Below are positions 1-13,267 of a stretch of 64,000 bases of DNA, one piece after another. Numbering within the stretch: the first letter of the stretch is position 1; every line of letters starts with the position of its first letter. The DNA comes from Macrostomum lignano (lineage: Eukaryota): assembly GCA_002269645.1 (NCBI GenBank), contig NIVC01000611.1, forward strand, positions 124,001 to 188,000. The letters are read 5' to 3'. Position numbers and translations under genes: made by a program. Below the pieces are notes generated by a model. That model was not told where the DNA came from. It did not search any database and saw only the letters and a list, made by a program, of their open reading frames with translations.

Positions 1-857
1 TCAGTGCTAGGTTTTACCGTTATCGCCTTTTATACAGCCCTGTAAAGTCAGGGAGGAGGGTGGAGAGGAGAGGTAAGGAAGGCAAAGAATGGCTGAAAGG
101 ACACAGCGTTGACACGTTCGTACAGATAGCGGAGCGGGGTCGATAATCTCAAGTTAGAACCGCTCCGCCGCTAGGCCGCGAGTGTACATTTGGGGGGAAT
201 TCCGGTTTGGACTGGGGAGGGGGTGAAGCTGGGTTGACGCGGTGGGTGGGTGGGTAGAGCAGGCCAATCTAGCGGAGAGGGGGGTTGAGGTGTGATAAGG
301 TCCCCCAGACGAATGTACACTTTCCCTCGCAGAGTACATTCAAAACATCCTCTATTTTCTCTCCCCCTCATGTCTCAGAGCTGAGAGCTGGGCTACACCG
401 CCTCAAACCAGCTCGGAACTCCCGTACGCCCGCTCCGGCTCCGACCCGGTTTAAAAATACCTACCGTTGAAAAAACTTACTTTTACTAGAAATTATCGCG
501 ACTTGATGGAAAAGCATAAGTTGCTACTTCTAGTAGAGCAGAGTAGCCAGAACAATGTTTCGGTTTAAGAAATATGCGCGCAATGTTTCCATTAAAAACT
601 CACTTGATCATCATCTATGCAGATTAAACAGTCCAGCAGCATAACTGCTGCATATGTGCGAACTGATCTGGTTTTATAATTGGTCCTTTTATATAATTTA
701 TGTATAGAGCATATATTAAGCCACGTGCACTGAAAGTGAGCATTCATCTAGATCTTGTCTCTAGTCTGAAACTATTATATAAGGAGTTAATGGGCTTTGG
801 CCATAAACACAAAGAGAAATAAGATTTATCAAAACAACGTTTTATTGAAACAGTATT

Positions 858-972
858 CAGAGGCGGATCTAGGATTTTTCCGTGGGAAGGGCCGAGTGGG
901 TCGGTTGACCCCTTGAACCCTGGATCTGGGGGATGGGGGTCAGCTGACCTCTGAAGCCTGGATCCGCTTTTG
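858..972. mobile_element. Small hAT-like MITE remnant
   Basis: Imperfect 16-bp TIR CAGAGGCGGATCTAGG (858-873) / CCTGGATCCGCTTTTG (957-972), 13/16 match. No 8-bp TSD found. Confidence 0.35.
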
Positions 973-1095
973 ATTCAGTGCCAAAAGCCTGCTTAAATGA
1001 CTTACGATCTCATTGGTGCAAGACCTTTAATCAAAGGTGCTAGAATAATTATATTTCTCACTCGCAGTTAAAACTGGGAATAGTAGATCCGTCTA

Positions 1096-1745
1096 CACTC
1101 AGCAACAGTCAAAAGTTCCACCCACCAAGCGGGATGAAAATTTTCTCACTTATTGCGACACATTCTCACTCACAATTCAACCCTCAAGTTACGCAACTAA
1201 GCCGCGGCGAGGAAGGGGAAGTTGACTGTATCAATGACTTGTAATAAATGTCAGTCGCACAAAATCATAAAAAAATTTAATGCAATATTCAGTTAGAATC
1301 GCGATGCTTAATAACGCGTGTGGGATCCCCTCGCACGCAGAAATGCGCGATTCTGCGGGGCATCCCCAGGATGAGGCGGCGCAGAAAGTCCTGGAGAAGC
1401 TGCTGCCAAGCGTTTTCAATGGCATGACGCAGCTCCGCAACATTCTGTGGTGGATTCTCTTTTCGAATGCTGCGTTTTAGAAGTTTCAGACATGCTCGAT
1501 GGGATTCATGTTTGGGGACCGGGAAGGCCATGCAGCGCAGAGTGCGCAGCTGTAGCTGTTCTTTCAATTGACTAACATACAGCATCGGCTCGGTGTGGCG
1601 GCGCGTTGTCCTCCTGGACCATTAAGCAGACAAAAGCCGCCCCCAAGTGGCAATAAGATTTATTCGTGTCGTAAGTTGCGTCACTCGAAATAAGTGAAAA
1701 AATCATCTCACTTAGTGGGGTGGAACTTTTGACTGTTGTTGAGTA
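1096..1745 (-). mobile_element. Non-autonomous Tc1/mariner deletion derivative (~650 bp)
   Basis: Long imperfect TIRs CACTCAGCAACAGTCAAAAGTTCCACCC (1096-) and the inverse ending at 1745, flanked by TA at 1094-1095 and 1746-1747. Minus strand retains Tc1 motifs QEDNAPPH, WPSRSPNMNPIEHV and the C-terminus ELRHAIENAWQQL...LILGMPRRI. Confidence 0.9.
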
Positions 1746-1806
1746 TACTCTTTTGCCATAGTTTGTCTGCGCAGTGTCACTTGAACTTAGTGCGGCAGCC
1801 AAAATT

Positions 1807-4800
1807 CAGGGAATCCTATTTGTTTCACCAGGAACCGACACTGGTCCCGCACCACCCCACCTCCCCTACAAGTTGAGGCCCAAGCCTTCGAGCCTTCGAG
1901 ACTCGGGAGTTTTTGTGAGTAAACCCTTCCTTGTAGGGAGGTTTTGTGGGGACGAAAAATAACAGAAGAGTAATTTTTAGTTGAGAGTTAGGGAGAATAA
2001 ATAACAGAATGGGCAGGAGATCCTCGCTGCGCTGCTGTGTATGTACGAGTTCGTGGAACAAAGAGCCTTTCCTGGGGGACGGAAGTGCATAGGAAAATTA
2101 ATGTGCGTTCTTTCCTCACACTGTACTCTACTGCACATTTACTGTTCTTTGCCCCTATATACGTTGCGAGTTTGTCTCGAAGAGCACTGACTCGCAATCT
2201 TCTCAATTCCACTCTATCGGATTTTGAAACTACCTGATCGTTCCCACTATGGGCTACAAGTGCTGCGTTCCTCTGTGCGTCACCAACTATGCTCGCTATG
2301 AGAAGAATCCATGCAACCGTGACTATCCACAAGTTTCCATCATCTACGCAGTTGGAGCTCCTGAATAAGTGGATCACGGCCATTCCACGCGTGTGGACCG
2401 ATTCCGAGTTGGAGCAGCTGAGAACAAACCCTAACCACAGCTACAGGGTCTGCTCGCTTCACTTCCCTGAGAAGTACTTCGTGATCAACTCTCGGGACTC
2501 CAATCCCCACCGCAAACGGACCGAAGCAGATGGTCAGCCTGCAGGCAAGCTAAAGCTTCGGCGTCTAGCCGCTGATGCCCTACCTTGCATCTTCCCAAAT
2601 GCACCCTCCTATCTGAACAAGACCATCACTGAGGAGCGCCCCACTCAGCTGGCATCGGCCGAGACCCGCCGGGAGAACGACACGAGGCGGTGCGAAGAAG
2701 AAGCGACAGACTTCTTGCAGAACGATGACATTGTGGACTTCCAGGCCATCGTGTCGTTCGAACTGCCTGACCATTTGTAATGCTTTCACAAGCAGACCTC
2801 TGTCTCAACTTTATGCTTTTTTGTCACTCGGATGTGTCTTGCTGAGACCCCTAAAATTGCAGTGTCATTGACGGTGAGTAACTCTGCATTTTACTGTCAC
2901 CATTGATGGAGCCGAGCATGGCCTATTTGCCCAAGACCTGGTCCCGGAAGGTAGGTTGCGCACCTTCTCTCAGCTGGAAAATATCCTTGCTAGACTGAAG
3001 AATCATCAACCGGAAGAGCGTGAGGGTGGCTTCGAACAGCATCTTCAGAGGGCTGAGGAAGAAGTCAAGAAGGCAATCCTTGAACTCTCTTCAAATATCG
3101 AAGTGATGAGCGACCAAGGAGAGGACACCTCTGCCGAGGAAGTTACCTATGCCAAGCTGAACTTCTTGCTCGAGCAGCTGAGCCTCGTCAGCAGCAGCGG
3201 GAAGAAGGTTGCCTACTCCCAGGAGTTGCTGGCCTTTGCCTACTTGCTGCAGCACCACAGTCCAGCTGCTTACAACTTTCTTCAGTCCTCCAACGCGGTG
3301 ACCCTTCCCAGTGTCCGGCACCTACAGCGCCTATCTTCTGGGTTCAGCAATGATCCGGACATCAAGTTCATGGAAGATTACCTGAGGCTGAAGGTCCAAA
3401 GCCTGCCGGATACTGAGAGGGTAGTGCTGCTAGCGATTGATGAAATTTACTCGTCAAGAAGGATGGAGTTCAGTGGAGGGCAGTTGACGCGGCAACAAAT
3501 GAGATGGCAAAGACGGTGTGCGCCTTCCTCACGAAGTCCCTGCATGGAGACTTCCAAGAGGTCATTTCCCTGGTCCCCAAAAGCCGCCTGAACGCCCAGG
3601 ATCTGCACAAGCACCTGATTGACTGCCTTACCCTGCTGCACAAGGTTGGCTTGAAGCTGGTTGTCTGTGTGGTGGACAACAATTCAGTGAACAGGAGCCT
3701 GTTTCAGGTTCATCTGTGCAAAGGTCAGATGCAGTCCTCCGTTCCCAATCCGGTGTCCGGTGAGCGTCTATTTCTCCTCTTTGATCCCGTGCACAACTTC
3801 AAGAACATCCTGAACAACTGGATTTCTCGTGAAGTGTTTCAGTTCCCTGACTTTTCGGATCCACAGAAGATCCAGACAGCGAATTTCCTAGAGTTGCACC
3901 GGCTGCATGACCTGGAGCTCGGCCAGCCTGCTCGGATTGCTCACAAGCTGAACAGGAGGTCCTTGAATCCGACAAACCTGGAGAAGTCAAACGTCCAGCA
4001 CGCTGCCAATGTTTTCAGCGAGTCCACAGTGGAGGCTGCCAAGTTCCACAGGTTTCCCATCGGTCTGATCACCTTCTTACAGCTCATTCTGAGTCTGTGG
4101 ACGATGTGGAATGTTAGGACCACGAAGAAGGCAAAGGAGAAGCGGCTTCCGGACGCTGCTCCGTTGGTTCCGAATGATCCAAGGCTCTCAAAGCTGCGCC
4201 AGTTTGCCACTTTTTTTCATCGATGGGAGGAGTCAAAGCTGCCTGGCTTGACTGCTCCTACATTCTTAGCCGTGAGATCCTGCTACCTCACTCTTGCTGA
4301 CCTCACAGAGCACCTGTTGGCCGAGCATTCGTTTCCTTCCGTTTTGACAGGCCGCATTGTCAGCGATTGGATTGAGCGCCGCTTCGGTCGCTACCGCCAA
4401 TTTCACGGTGGCAACTTCTTCATTTCCGTGCGTCAGATCTTTCAGGCGGAGAAGATCCGCATCTCGATCTTGCTCAAGTTTCATGGACTTAAGCTGAGGG
4501 ACTTTCAAATTCTTTATCAAGGAAATCCGTCTGACTTCTCAAGCCAACTGTTGTCTTTGTCGCTGCCTGGCCTGGAGCATCTGAGTGCTGCTCTTTCATC
4601 AATGATCTGAACCTGTGCTCCTATCTTGGTGGGTATGTCGCGAAGTCTCTGTGTGGTCAGCTGAAGTGCCAGGATTGCAGGAACTTCCTGGTCACTGCCG
4701 ACTATTTGGAGTTCCTATCCGATGATGAGGCCCGCGCTGAGGATTTCGCCTTGATCCAGATGCGTGATCGTGGTGGTCTGAAGTGCCCCAGTGACTTCGT

Positions 4801-5468
4801 GTTTCTTCTAATGATGGTATCCTACTTCGTGTTCGGCCACCTGAAGGATAAGAGTTTGCTGACTGCTGATCTGCTGTACTCAGGAGGAGCTGTTCAGAGT
4901 ATCGTGGAGCTCTGCCAGGATTGCATCAGCAGATCCGGTGAGTTCCGCGACATGCTGAAACAGAAGTGTCCTTGCGGAAGACCTGGGGTTATTTTCTCCT
5001 CCAGGATCCTCACCCCAGCAGTCAGAATCTTTTTGAAGAATTTCGTGAATGAGACCAACGACAACTTGAAGAACGAGAAAGCTTTAAAGAGAAAGAAGGT
5101 AAAGTTATCGGGTGAGTGAGTCTGTCTGTAGTCCTACTGGAGTCATAATGAGTCTTCAAGAATTGCTTTTCAGTGGGAGTTCTTGCCTGTCATTTGCCAG
5201 TGCAATGGAGGATTTTTATATTGATTTATTCTCCAAAACTGAGCAATATAGAAAAAAATATATTAAATTAAAAAGCAATGCAGCAAATATTTTCTTCGAC
5301 ACTGTCTTAATTATTTTTGTTTACTTCTTTTCGATGATTCCTTATGCGAAAGGCATGCTAACCAGGCAAGAAATTGGGGGAATGGGGAGGGGACTTGGGC
5401 CTCAACTTGTAGGCCCCATTTTTCAGTGTCGCTTCCTGGGGAGCGCAGCGAGCCAATAGGATTCCCTG
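1807..5468 (+). mobile_element. P-superfamily (THAP9-like) DNA transposon, full length, 3662 bp
   Basis: Perfect 14-bp TIR CAGGGAATCCTATT (1807-1820) / AATAGGATTCCCTG (5455-5468). 7-bp TSD CAAAATT (1800-1806, 5469-5475). Perfect 20-bp subterminal inverted repeat at 1865-1884 / 5394-5413. Internal THAP plus transposase. Confidence 0.9.
2249..5119 (+). pseudogene. THAP-domain P-element-type transposase, split by at least 4 frame breaks
   Basis: MGYKCCVPLC (ATG 2249) is out of frame with HKFP..W..AIPR..RVCSLHF..L.ADALPCIFP (THAP). Downstream: LLAIDEIY, VVDNNSVN, LFDPVHNFKN, DWIERRFGRYRQFHGGN, YLGGYVAK..KCQDC and RGGLKCPS, spread over ORFs 2956-3591, 3504-4610 and 4706-5119. Confidence 0.88.
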
Positions 5469-6157
5469 CAAAATTTCTCTTTTTAAATTCCGGAGTATAT
5501 TATTGAGTTAAAAATGAACTCAAGCATTTGTTGTGCCCGGGTGCACTTGCACCGATGAGCAATCTCTGGCTCTCGGTCAAAGTGTGGCCGGCTCTGCACT
5601 CCCACCCCCCCGGCCGCGTGCCTGCGCCAAACCCCCCCCCATTCTGTCTGCGTCAACCCCCCTCCAGTTGCACCCACTGTTGTGTATTGCAAAGGCATGC
5701 AATGCGTAGGGATAGTTCGGGGACAGGGTTTCTAGAAACTTCCACAGCAGGACTTGTTTACGCATTGTTCCAGAAGTTTCCTCTCCCGGTCTTTCTAGAA
5801 CTTTCCTTCCCCGCGTGCATAAATATACTAGCCGCCCTCCTATTGGCCAAGCCCTCTTTTGGTGCCACTGAGCGCCCGGATAATTATCTATCTTGTTTCT
5901 GCGTTCGTTAATTCAACGACAGAACACCCACCCCACTGCCTGTTAGGACAGCTGGCTTTGGCTGGCTGCGGCCCCAGTGCGCCCCCTCGCTCACCCTGCG
6001 AGTGGCTGGTGGTCCAGACGGATAACTAAGCCAACAGCCCCACAGAATATTCTGTGACTGTGACTCAGCCTAGGGTGCCCAATCCAGCTCAGCCAATGAG
6101 AGAGCAGTAAGGAACGAGGTCAAAGTCAGACACAATCGGGTAAGAGAAAAAGCCTAA

Positions 6158-6317
6158 AGGCTCGTTCACACTGCCATCAAATACGAGTGTAAGGACAGAT
6201 TTCGTCTGATCACACAACTTATGCATCAAATTTCTTTGTACATCGGTGAGTCGTGTCTGGTCGTAGCGGTTGGTCGTGTGATTTGGTGGCTCATCCGATG
6301 GCAGTGTAAATGAGGCT
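6158..6317. mobile_element. Tourist-like (PIF/Harbinger) MITE, 160 bp
   Basis: 21-bp TIR AGGCTCGTTCACACTGCCATC / GATGGCAGTGTAAATGAGGCT (18/21). TAA on both flanks (6155-6157, 6318-6320). Confidence 0.8.
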
Positions 6318-6947
6318 TAACTATTTATCTGCATGGTTGTGGGCTGTGTCGCAACTCCTTTTCTCTCTTGTTCGCTGTGCACACGCACTGGATTAGGTTT
6401 TTTTCATGTTATTTTGCAATCCAGTCTAGTATGCATTTATTAAGGCCAAAAAAACGCTGATTTTGCTACTTGAAAAGAGTAGATAAGCGCATTTTTGCGA
6501 TTGCTATATCTACGAATTTGAGAACCGGCTTGTAAGGCGAGACAAGCGATGAGTCAAGTGTTTTCATAAAACTTCCTACATAAATGTACGAGCTACATGT
6601 ACATACGGGTTTTTTGCATTTTTTAGAACTTCAAATCGTAAAAATAAAAAACAGCAAGATAGCAAACGAGAGTCGAAAGAAGAGTCTGAAATTCTGAAGC
6701 CGTGCGAAGCATTGCTGGATAATTAACTATCTTGCCGGCGGGGCTCATAAAGAGAAGTTCTGCTTTCGCTTAACAAATATCCACTAATTATGGCGACTGC
6801 ATGGTGATAATTCGCTCGGACGGAATATGCTCAGCTTTCCTCAACTTTCTTGAGCCTAACTGAGACACAGACTCAAAATTGTAATTACTGGCTTTAAAAT
6901 AGCTTCAATTATACTGCTGGGTCCGTTTCTCAGCTGCATATCGAATG

Positions 6948-7436
6948 TCAAGTCACCCTCAGAGTGCCATTCTTTCCTCAAGTCAAGTGACCCTCGGAGT
7001 GCCTATCTTTCCTCAAGCGTGTGACCCTCAGAGTGCCATTCTTTCCTCAAGCGAGTCACCCTCAGAGTGCCATTCTTTCCTCAAGCGAGTGACCCTCGGA
7101 GTGCCATTCTTTCCTCAAGCGAGTGACCCTCGAAGTGCCATTCTTTCCTCAAGTCAAGTGACCCTCGGAGTGCCTATCTTTCCTCAAGCGTGTGACCCTC
7201 AGAGTGCCATTCTTTCCTCAAGCGAGTCACCCTCAGAGTGCCATTCTTTCCTCAAGCGAGTGACCCTCGGAGTGCCATTCTTTCCTCAAGCGTGTGACCC
7301 TCAGAGTGCCATTCTTTCCTCAAGCGAGTGACCCTCAGAGTGCCATTCTTTCCTCAAGTCAAGTGACCCTCGGAGTGCCATTCTTTCCTCAAGCGAGTGA
7401 CCCTCAGAGTGCCATTCTTTCCTCAAGCGAGTGACT
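6948..7436. repeat. 34-bp minisatellite (GAGTGACCCTCAGAGTGCCATTCTTTCCTCAAGC)
   Basis: Direct reading. Variant units recur in blocks. Confidence 0.95.
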
Positions 7437-8108
7437 CCCGTCTCAAGCCAAGTCTTCCCCAAAAGTGAAAACCAAAAATATATAATATCAGTTGTGCTTT
7501 TTTGTATTAAATACTCAAGTGCATCTTAATCCCTAGTCAAAATTATTTAAGAGACTGTCGGGCAAGTGTCCAGTCAAATGAACCAGGGGAAGAATCCTGC
7601 TTCGAAATCCCTAATTTGGCACGGAAGGACTCACATCTTGTTCTATGAACTCTTCTTTTCTAGCTAGCAAGTTACTTTCGGCACTAGTCTGCACCTGCAT
7701 CATATTCCTTATTCCATATTTCATATTCCATATTCCAACGCAATGTAGTGTTTAACGCAGGGTAAAGGCGTAAAACTGGATCGGCTATCCGAGTGTTTCA
7801 AATTCATTAGAAAACTGCTAAGCTCCGCGAACTATTCTCAGTCCATGGCTCTGATTGGCCAACCAGTGGCTGAAGTCCGTGCCGTGTGGCGGTGAGGCCA
7901 AGATTAAAGATACTATGCCTGACAGGCTGGCACATGAGAGAGATAACATATCGACTGGAGACACCCCGCATTACTGTTTGCGCAAATAGCGACACGGAAC
8001 CTCGGGAATTATCCTCTTCTCGGTTTTTGCTATTGTCCAACACGAAGGTGAGGTTTGGCTTTTTCTTGTGCGGCGTGCTTCTGCTTTTAACTAAGGAAAA
8101 TTGATAGG

Positions 8109-8484
<376 letters not shown>

Positions 8485-8799
8485 GGCCCGGTGTAGAAGC
8501 CGCGATAGGAACTAGAGGTCGAGACCCATGTATTTCAGCTCAAATTAAATTGCTACTTGATCCTTGCTTCGGGGAGAAAACTCTCGTTAATCCGGTGCTA
8601 AATTGAAGAGCAGGTGGTTCTGTGTCTGCTGAGCTCCTTTTTGACCAGTTCGGCAGAAATTCATGTAATTTCCTGAACTTCTTGCGCTGCTTAAAGCCGT
8701 AATTGCCTACAGGCTGGTGCAAATTAACCCTGATAGCATGCAAAGTCGTCGCTGTCTAAATCCGTTTCGCTGACTTTTCTGTCCGATTATTGAATCAAG

Positions 8800-9420
8800 C
8801 GATGATTTTATGAGTCGATGAAAGTATTTTACTGCTTATCTATTTACGGATAGAGAGAGGGCCGTGGATTTTAATGCTTGCACATGATTGATTGTTTTTA
8901 GACAGACAACTCAAGCAGTAGGTCGCTGCTCTCGCAAATACTGCAAGCCTCGCGAGATTTAATTTAATTTTAAATTTGGATTCATTGAGCCATTGGACAA
9001 ACTCTCGCCTTCTCACAACCGTCTGCAGGTTGTTGCGCACCGCTTGAATGTCAGCGTCTCTACCAACAATTTTTAGTCGCTTTTCCAGAGCTCTGCTGAT
9101 AGTAGAAATCTGATAATCAACTGGAACTGTTCATTTAACTTCTGCTGCATTTTATGCAACGTCAATAAAGGGTTCGTCTCAACGGCATCGAGTAGCCAGT
9201 TGGACTTGAGGCTCTCGAGCAACTTTCCTTGGCGATTGCCACCCTTTCGCAGGCAATCTCTGCCGGGAGAGTTCCAACGCGCTGCTGGATGCTGTAATCC
9301 ATCTTTTCTTTTACATTCAGCAACCTTGCAATGTACTTTGGGTGTTCACCTCTGTCAAGTGCTTCGATCACAAGCCAATGAAATTCATTCAATAGCCTAG
9401 CATATGGTCCACAATTCTGG
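8800..9420 (-). pseudogene. Degenerate IS630/Tc1-like transposase N-terminal fragment
   Basis: Across frames: LVIEALDRGEHPKYIARLLNVKE (HTH-like), WLLDAVETNPLLTLHKMQQKLNEQFQL, ISTISRALEKRL...RNNLQTVVRRREFVQWLNE. No clear catalytic domain or TIRs. Confidence 0.5.
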
Positions 9421-9532
9421 GGCTGATCTTGCTTCTCCACAGCAGTTGCAAATGTAGCTATCGACCAATTTGACGCTTTTTGGGCCAAATCAAATGCCGC
9501 TGTGCCAGCCTTGCTACCATAGACAAAAGCTC

Positions 9533-9940
9533 CATTGTCGGCTGATTTTCCATGCAGGAATGACATTCTTGCACTCTTTTGCGTGCAGGAATGGATGTCT
9601 ATGGTAAAATCTCACTGAAAAAGCATTAGGCGCAGAAATGCATTCCTGCACGGTTTTGTGCATTCCTGCACGATGAATCATCCGACAATGGAATTCCTTC
9701 ACGTTCACTCGTGCGTGAAGGACATCGTGCACTCGTGCGCTAGCGCGCACTCGTGCATATGTCATTCCCGCACTCGTGACCATGCAGGAATATATCATTG
9801 CTTTGGCAAACATATCTTGGATTAAATTCAATGCGCGTAGGCCCAAATGGGCTGCAAAAAGCTATATTCTGCGGCCAATGCTTTTTCAGTGAGATTTTAC
9901 CATAGACATCCATTCGTGCACGGAGAATCAGCCGACAATG
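9533..9940. mobile_element. Foldback/MITE-like element with ~75-bp inverted arms
   Basis: CATTGTCGGCTGAT...GAATGGATGTCTATGGTAAAATCTCACTGAAAAAGCATT..GCAGAA (9533-9640) is inverted at 9866-9940. Internal TGCAGGAATG motifs occur in both orientations. No TSD found. Confidence 0.6.
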
Positions 9941-11441
9941 CAGGAACAGACAGTTTGACAAACTTGTTGAGTGCAGCTCGAACGAAACACATGCTCGCTT
10001 CATTTGGAATTTGGGAAGTCCAGAAGGTGGGGGAAAACTTAATGCCATCTGATCATTGCATTTCGGAGCGATCACCGGCGGCATTTTGCTTCAACTGTTC
10101 GTGTCTTCTTATCGATGAAGGGGGTGAACTTGAACCGGAATGGAGCCCCGAACTTCAGCCTGTACCAACTGCAATTAATTTCCTTTCAAAGTAGTCGACA
10201 AGAAATGCGGAGCCATTGAACCTTACGAGCCTTCAGTGTCCTACCAATGTGCTTCTAGTCGACTCTTCAAATGATCACAGTCGGCCGCTTTCGACAGAGC
10301 ACAGAAAGAAATTAGGACAGACGGGCATGAAGACAGGACAGAAAGACAGGCATAAATGCAGGCCCATTTTCTTGGCCGTATATTTTAGCAAGCAAGCGAG
10401 AGCCAGACCAAGTCATTACTCATTAACATTCTACATTCAGCACTCACCGCGTCCCAACGGTATCCCTACTGTGCATCAGGCGGCAGTTCCAGAAGCCCGA
10501 AACTGAATTTTTGATCAGTTTTAATGCGTAAATACCTGACTGAATGGTACAGGAGACTGGGGGAGGGGGAGGTTTGTTAACCGCTGCAAGATCAGCGACA
10601 GGCTTTGATCTCGATTCTGTCAACTGCATCATTTCCGAGGTTTTTTCCTGTTTTGTCTGAGCTTTTACGGCGCTCTTTAGATCCGGTTGGACTCGAAATT
10701 GTTTTTTAGTAAAATATGTATGAACTGGATTCACCTGCTCTTGACTTTACCTTTGCGTGTCAAAGCAGATTTTTACAACTTTTTCTATAATGCCGGCATT
10801 GGCTGTCGCGTGGAACACGGTTGCCAGTGTGCTCCAGAATTATGCCACGAATGCATCAGAGAGCTTTTTCCTCTCTCTCTCTCTCTCGGGCGACTCGTCA
10901 AAGCCTGCTCAGCTCAGGAAGCGCCGGGAACGGAGTTGAGGCTCTGGTATTTCTGTGCCACAGTCATGATAGGGATAAATACGATTATTTTGGCATACTT
11001 GCAATGAAAAATTAATAATTCTATGCCCTTAGCATAATACATGTCACGTTACCCATTTTTTGAAAAAAATTCTGCAAATGATAAATTTTGGCTCCCAGCA
11101 TTTGGCTTTGAATATACTTTAATGATTTTGATCATTTTTTGCATTACTTCTTGGCATAATTTTTCCCGCAAAATAAATAATACATCCAGGTTGGTTACAA
11201 AGAAAGAGGACACTAGGACAGACGGACATTAAGACAGACATGAGCACATCAACAGGAACATTTCTGAACTTTTACCGACCAATAGGGAACCCGCCGAAAT
11301 TAGGGTTCATTTGCGTTAACTAGATTTCCTGAGCTCGCGGCGAGATGGGGATAACATTTAGCAACTGACTGTGCTCCAAGCTCAGACCACACGTTTTAAA
11401 ACGTTTTATATTGATCCTACGCCTCAACCTCAGCATCCTTG

Positions 11442-13128
11442 ATGTCGCTGGCCAGCTTCGAAGTGCCAATGTTCGACGAGCATGCGGCGTTCCGAGCGGC
11501 CAAGTGGATCCAGTGGGTCGGCAGCCCCATCCTGCTGCTGATTGGCTCGGTGGCCAACTCCCTGTCCGCCTGGATTCTGACCCGCCGGATTGACCAAAAT
11601 GGCACCCACAATTACCTGCTGGCGCTCAGTGCGGCTGATCAGGTGATGCGATTGGCTGCTCTTGGGGCTCACTTTAACCACCACCTCATTGCACCAACCA
11701 TCCCACACATCCGGTAACTACGCTCGTAACTGCACTCACCGCCCCACCACCTCACTGCACCCCACCACCTCATTATACCCACCACCTAATTATACCCACC
11801 ACCTCATTATACTCGCCACCTCACTGCACCCACTACCTCACTGCACCCACCACCTCACTACACCAACCACCTCATTATACCCACCACCTCACTGCACCCA
11901 CCACCTTGCTGCACCCACCACCTTGCTGCACCCACCACCTCCCTGCACCCACCACCTCACTGCACCCACCACCTCACTGCACCCACCACCTCACTACACC
12001 AACAACCTCATTATACCCACCACCTCACTGCACCCACCACCTTGCTGCACCCACCACCTCACTGCACCCACCACCTCACTGCACCCACCACCTTGCTGCA
12101 CCCACCACCTCATTGCACCCACCACCTTGCTGCACCCACCACCTTGCTGCACCCACCACCTCACTACACCCTACCACCTCACTGTACCCACCACCTCACC
12201 GCATCCAGCCGCTCCAATTTGATCAGTCGATTTCATTGCAAAACTCACCTTGGCTTTTTACCCTCCGGTTCCGCAGGTGACACTGATTAGCGGTCTGCTC
12301 AAGTCGTGGATTTCTGCCCTAATCGGCGACGACTGCGCCAAGCTTAGCATCGTGATCTGCATCGGCGGCAACTTCCTATCGACGTCGTCAACCTACCTGA
12401 GCGTCTATTTGATTGCCGCGGTTACCATCGAGCGGCTGTTCGTGCTGTACTCGCGGATGCCCGTGCTCAACACCGCGGTGGCTCGCGCTCGCCGGATCAT
12501 CCTCGGCCTCTTCATCGGGTGCTTGATCATCAACATCCACTGGTTCTTCGTGCTGGACATCTACTCGTTCCTGTGGCACCCGGACTCTAACCGGACTCAC
12601 ACCATCTGCTACCTGCGCCCGAGCCTGCTGGTTCATCTCAAGCAGCCCCTGGCCTGGCTGGACTTCCTGCTCTACTCTCTGATCCCAATCCTGCTCATCG
12701 TGGTGTGCAACGTCGTCATCATTTACCGGATCTACACCTCGCGCCGCAGGTACAATCGCGAGATGCAGGCGGCAACGGAGCTCCAGGACATGCAGTCCAG
12801 GGTCCGTCGCCTCGTGAGCAACAACAGCTTCAACAGGAGCGTCAACCAAGTCACCGTCATGCTGCTGCTGGTCTCGTGCTTTTTCATCGTGACCAGTCTG
12901 CCCATCACGGTGCTCAAAGTGCTCAGCTCGCTGTCCTCCGTGATCGACTCCACCGCCAACAACAACCGGGAATTCTACTCGCGCTACCAGCTGATCCAGG
13001 CCTGTGCCGAGCTGCTGATGTACCTCAACCACTCCAGCAATTTCTTCTTTTACTGTCTGGCCGCCAAGAAATTCCGCAACGATTTGTACAGCCGGCTTCG
13101 GAGCCTGCGGCACCACTGGCGCCAGTGA
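11442..13128 (+). CDS. Class A (rhodopsin-like) GPCR, peptide-receptor type; exons 11442-11642 and 12277-13128
   Basis: TM1 GSVANSL, TM2 LLALSAADQ|VTL, TM3 AAVTIERL, TM5 LYSLIPILLIVVCN, TM6 CFFIVTSLPI, TM7 LMYLNHSSNFFFY. Phase-0 GT-AG intron 11643-12276. An additional upstream exon is possible. Confidence 0.9.
11735..12200. repeat. 17-bp intronic minisatellite (CTCACTGCACCCACCAC and variants)
   Basis: Direct reading. Fills the GPCR intron. Confidence 0.9.
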
Positions 13129-13267
13129 CTGCGGACTCGGCGTCCGGCTTGGGGGAGCCTCGGACCCAGAGTAAAACTCGACAGCGACTCGACTTACATT
13201 GACAACTTATGCTTCTCAGATGACCCAGACCCCTGATAACCTCGCATGGCCGAAACCTTACATGACA

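Noticed and set aside
1-470. CAGTGCTAGG start resembling a hAT terminus
   Set aside because: No matching inverted end or TSD within the window.
5500-5700. CCCCCCTCCAGTTGCACCCACTG, resembling a hAT-MITE right end
   Set aside because: No partner TIR located.
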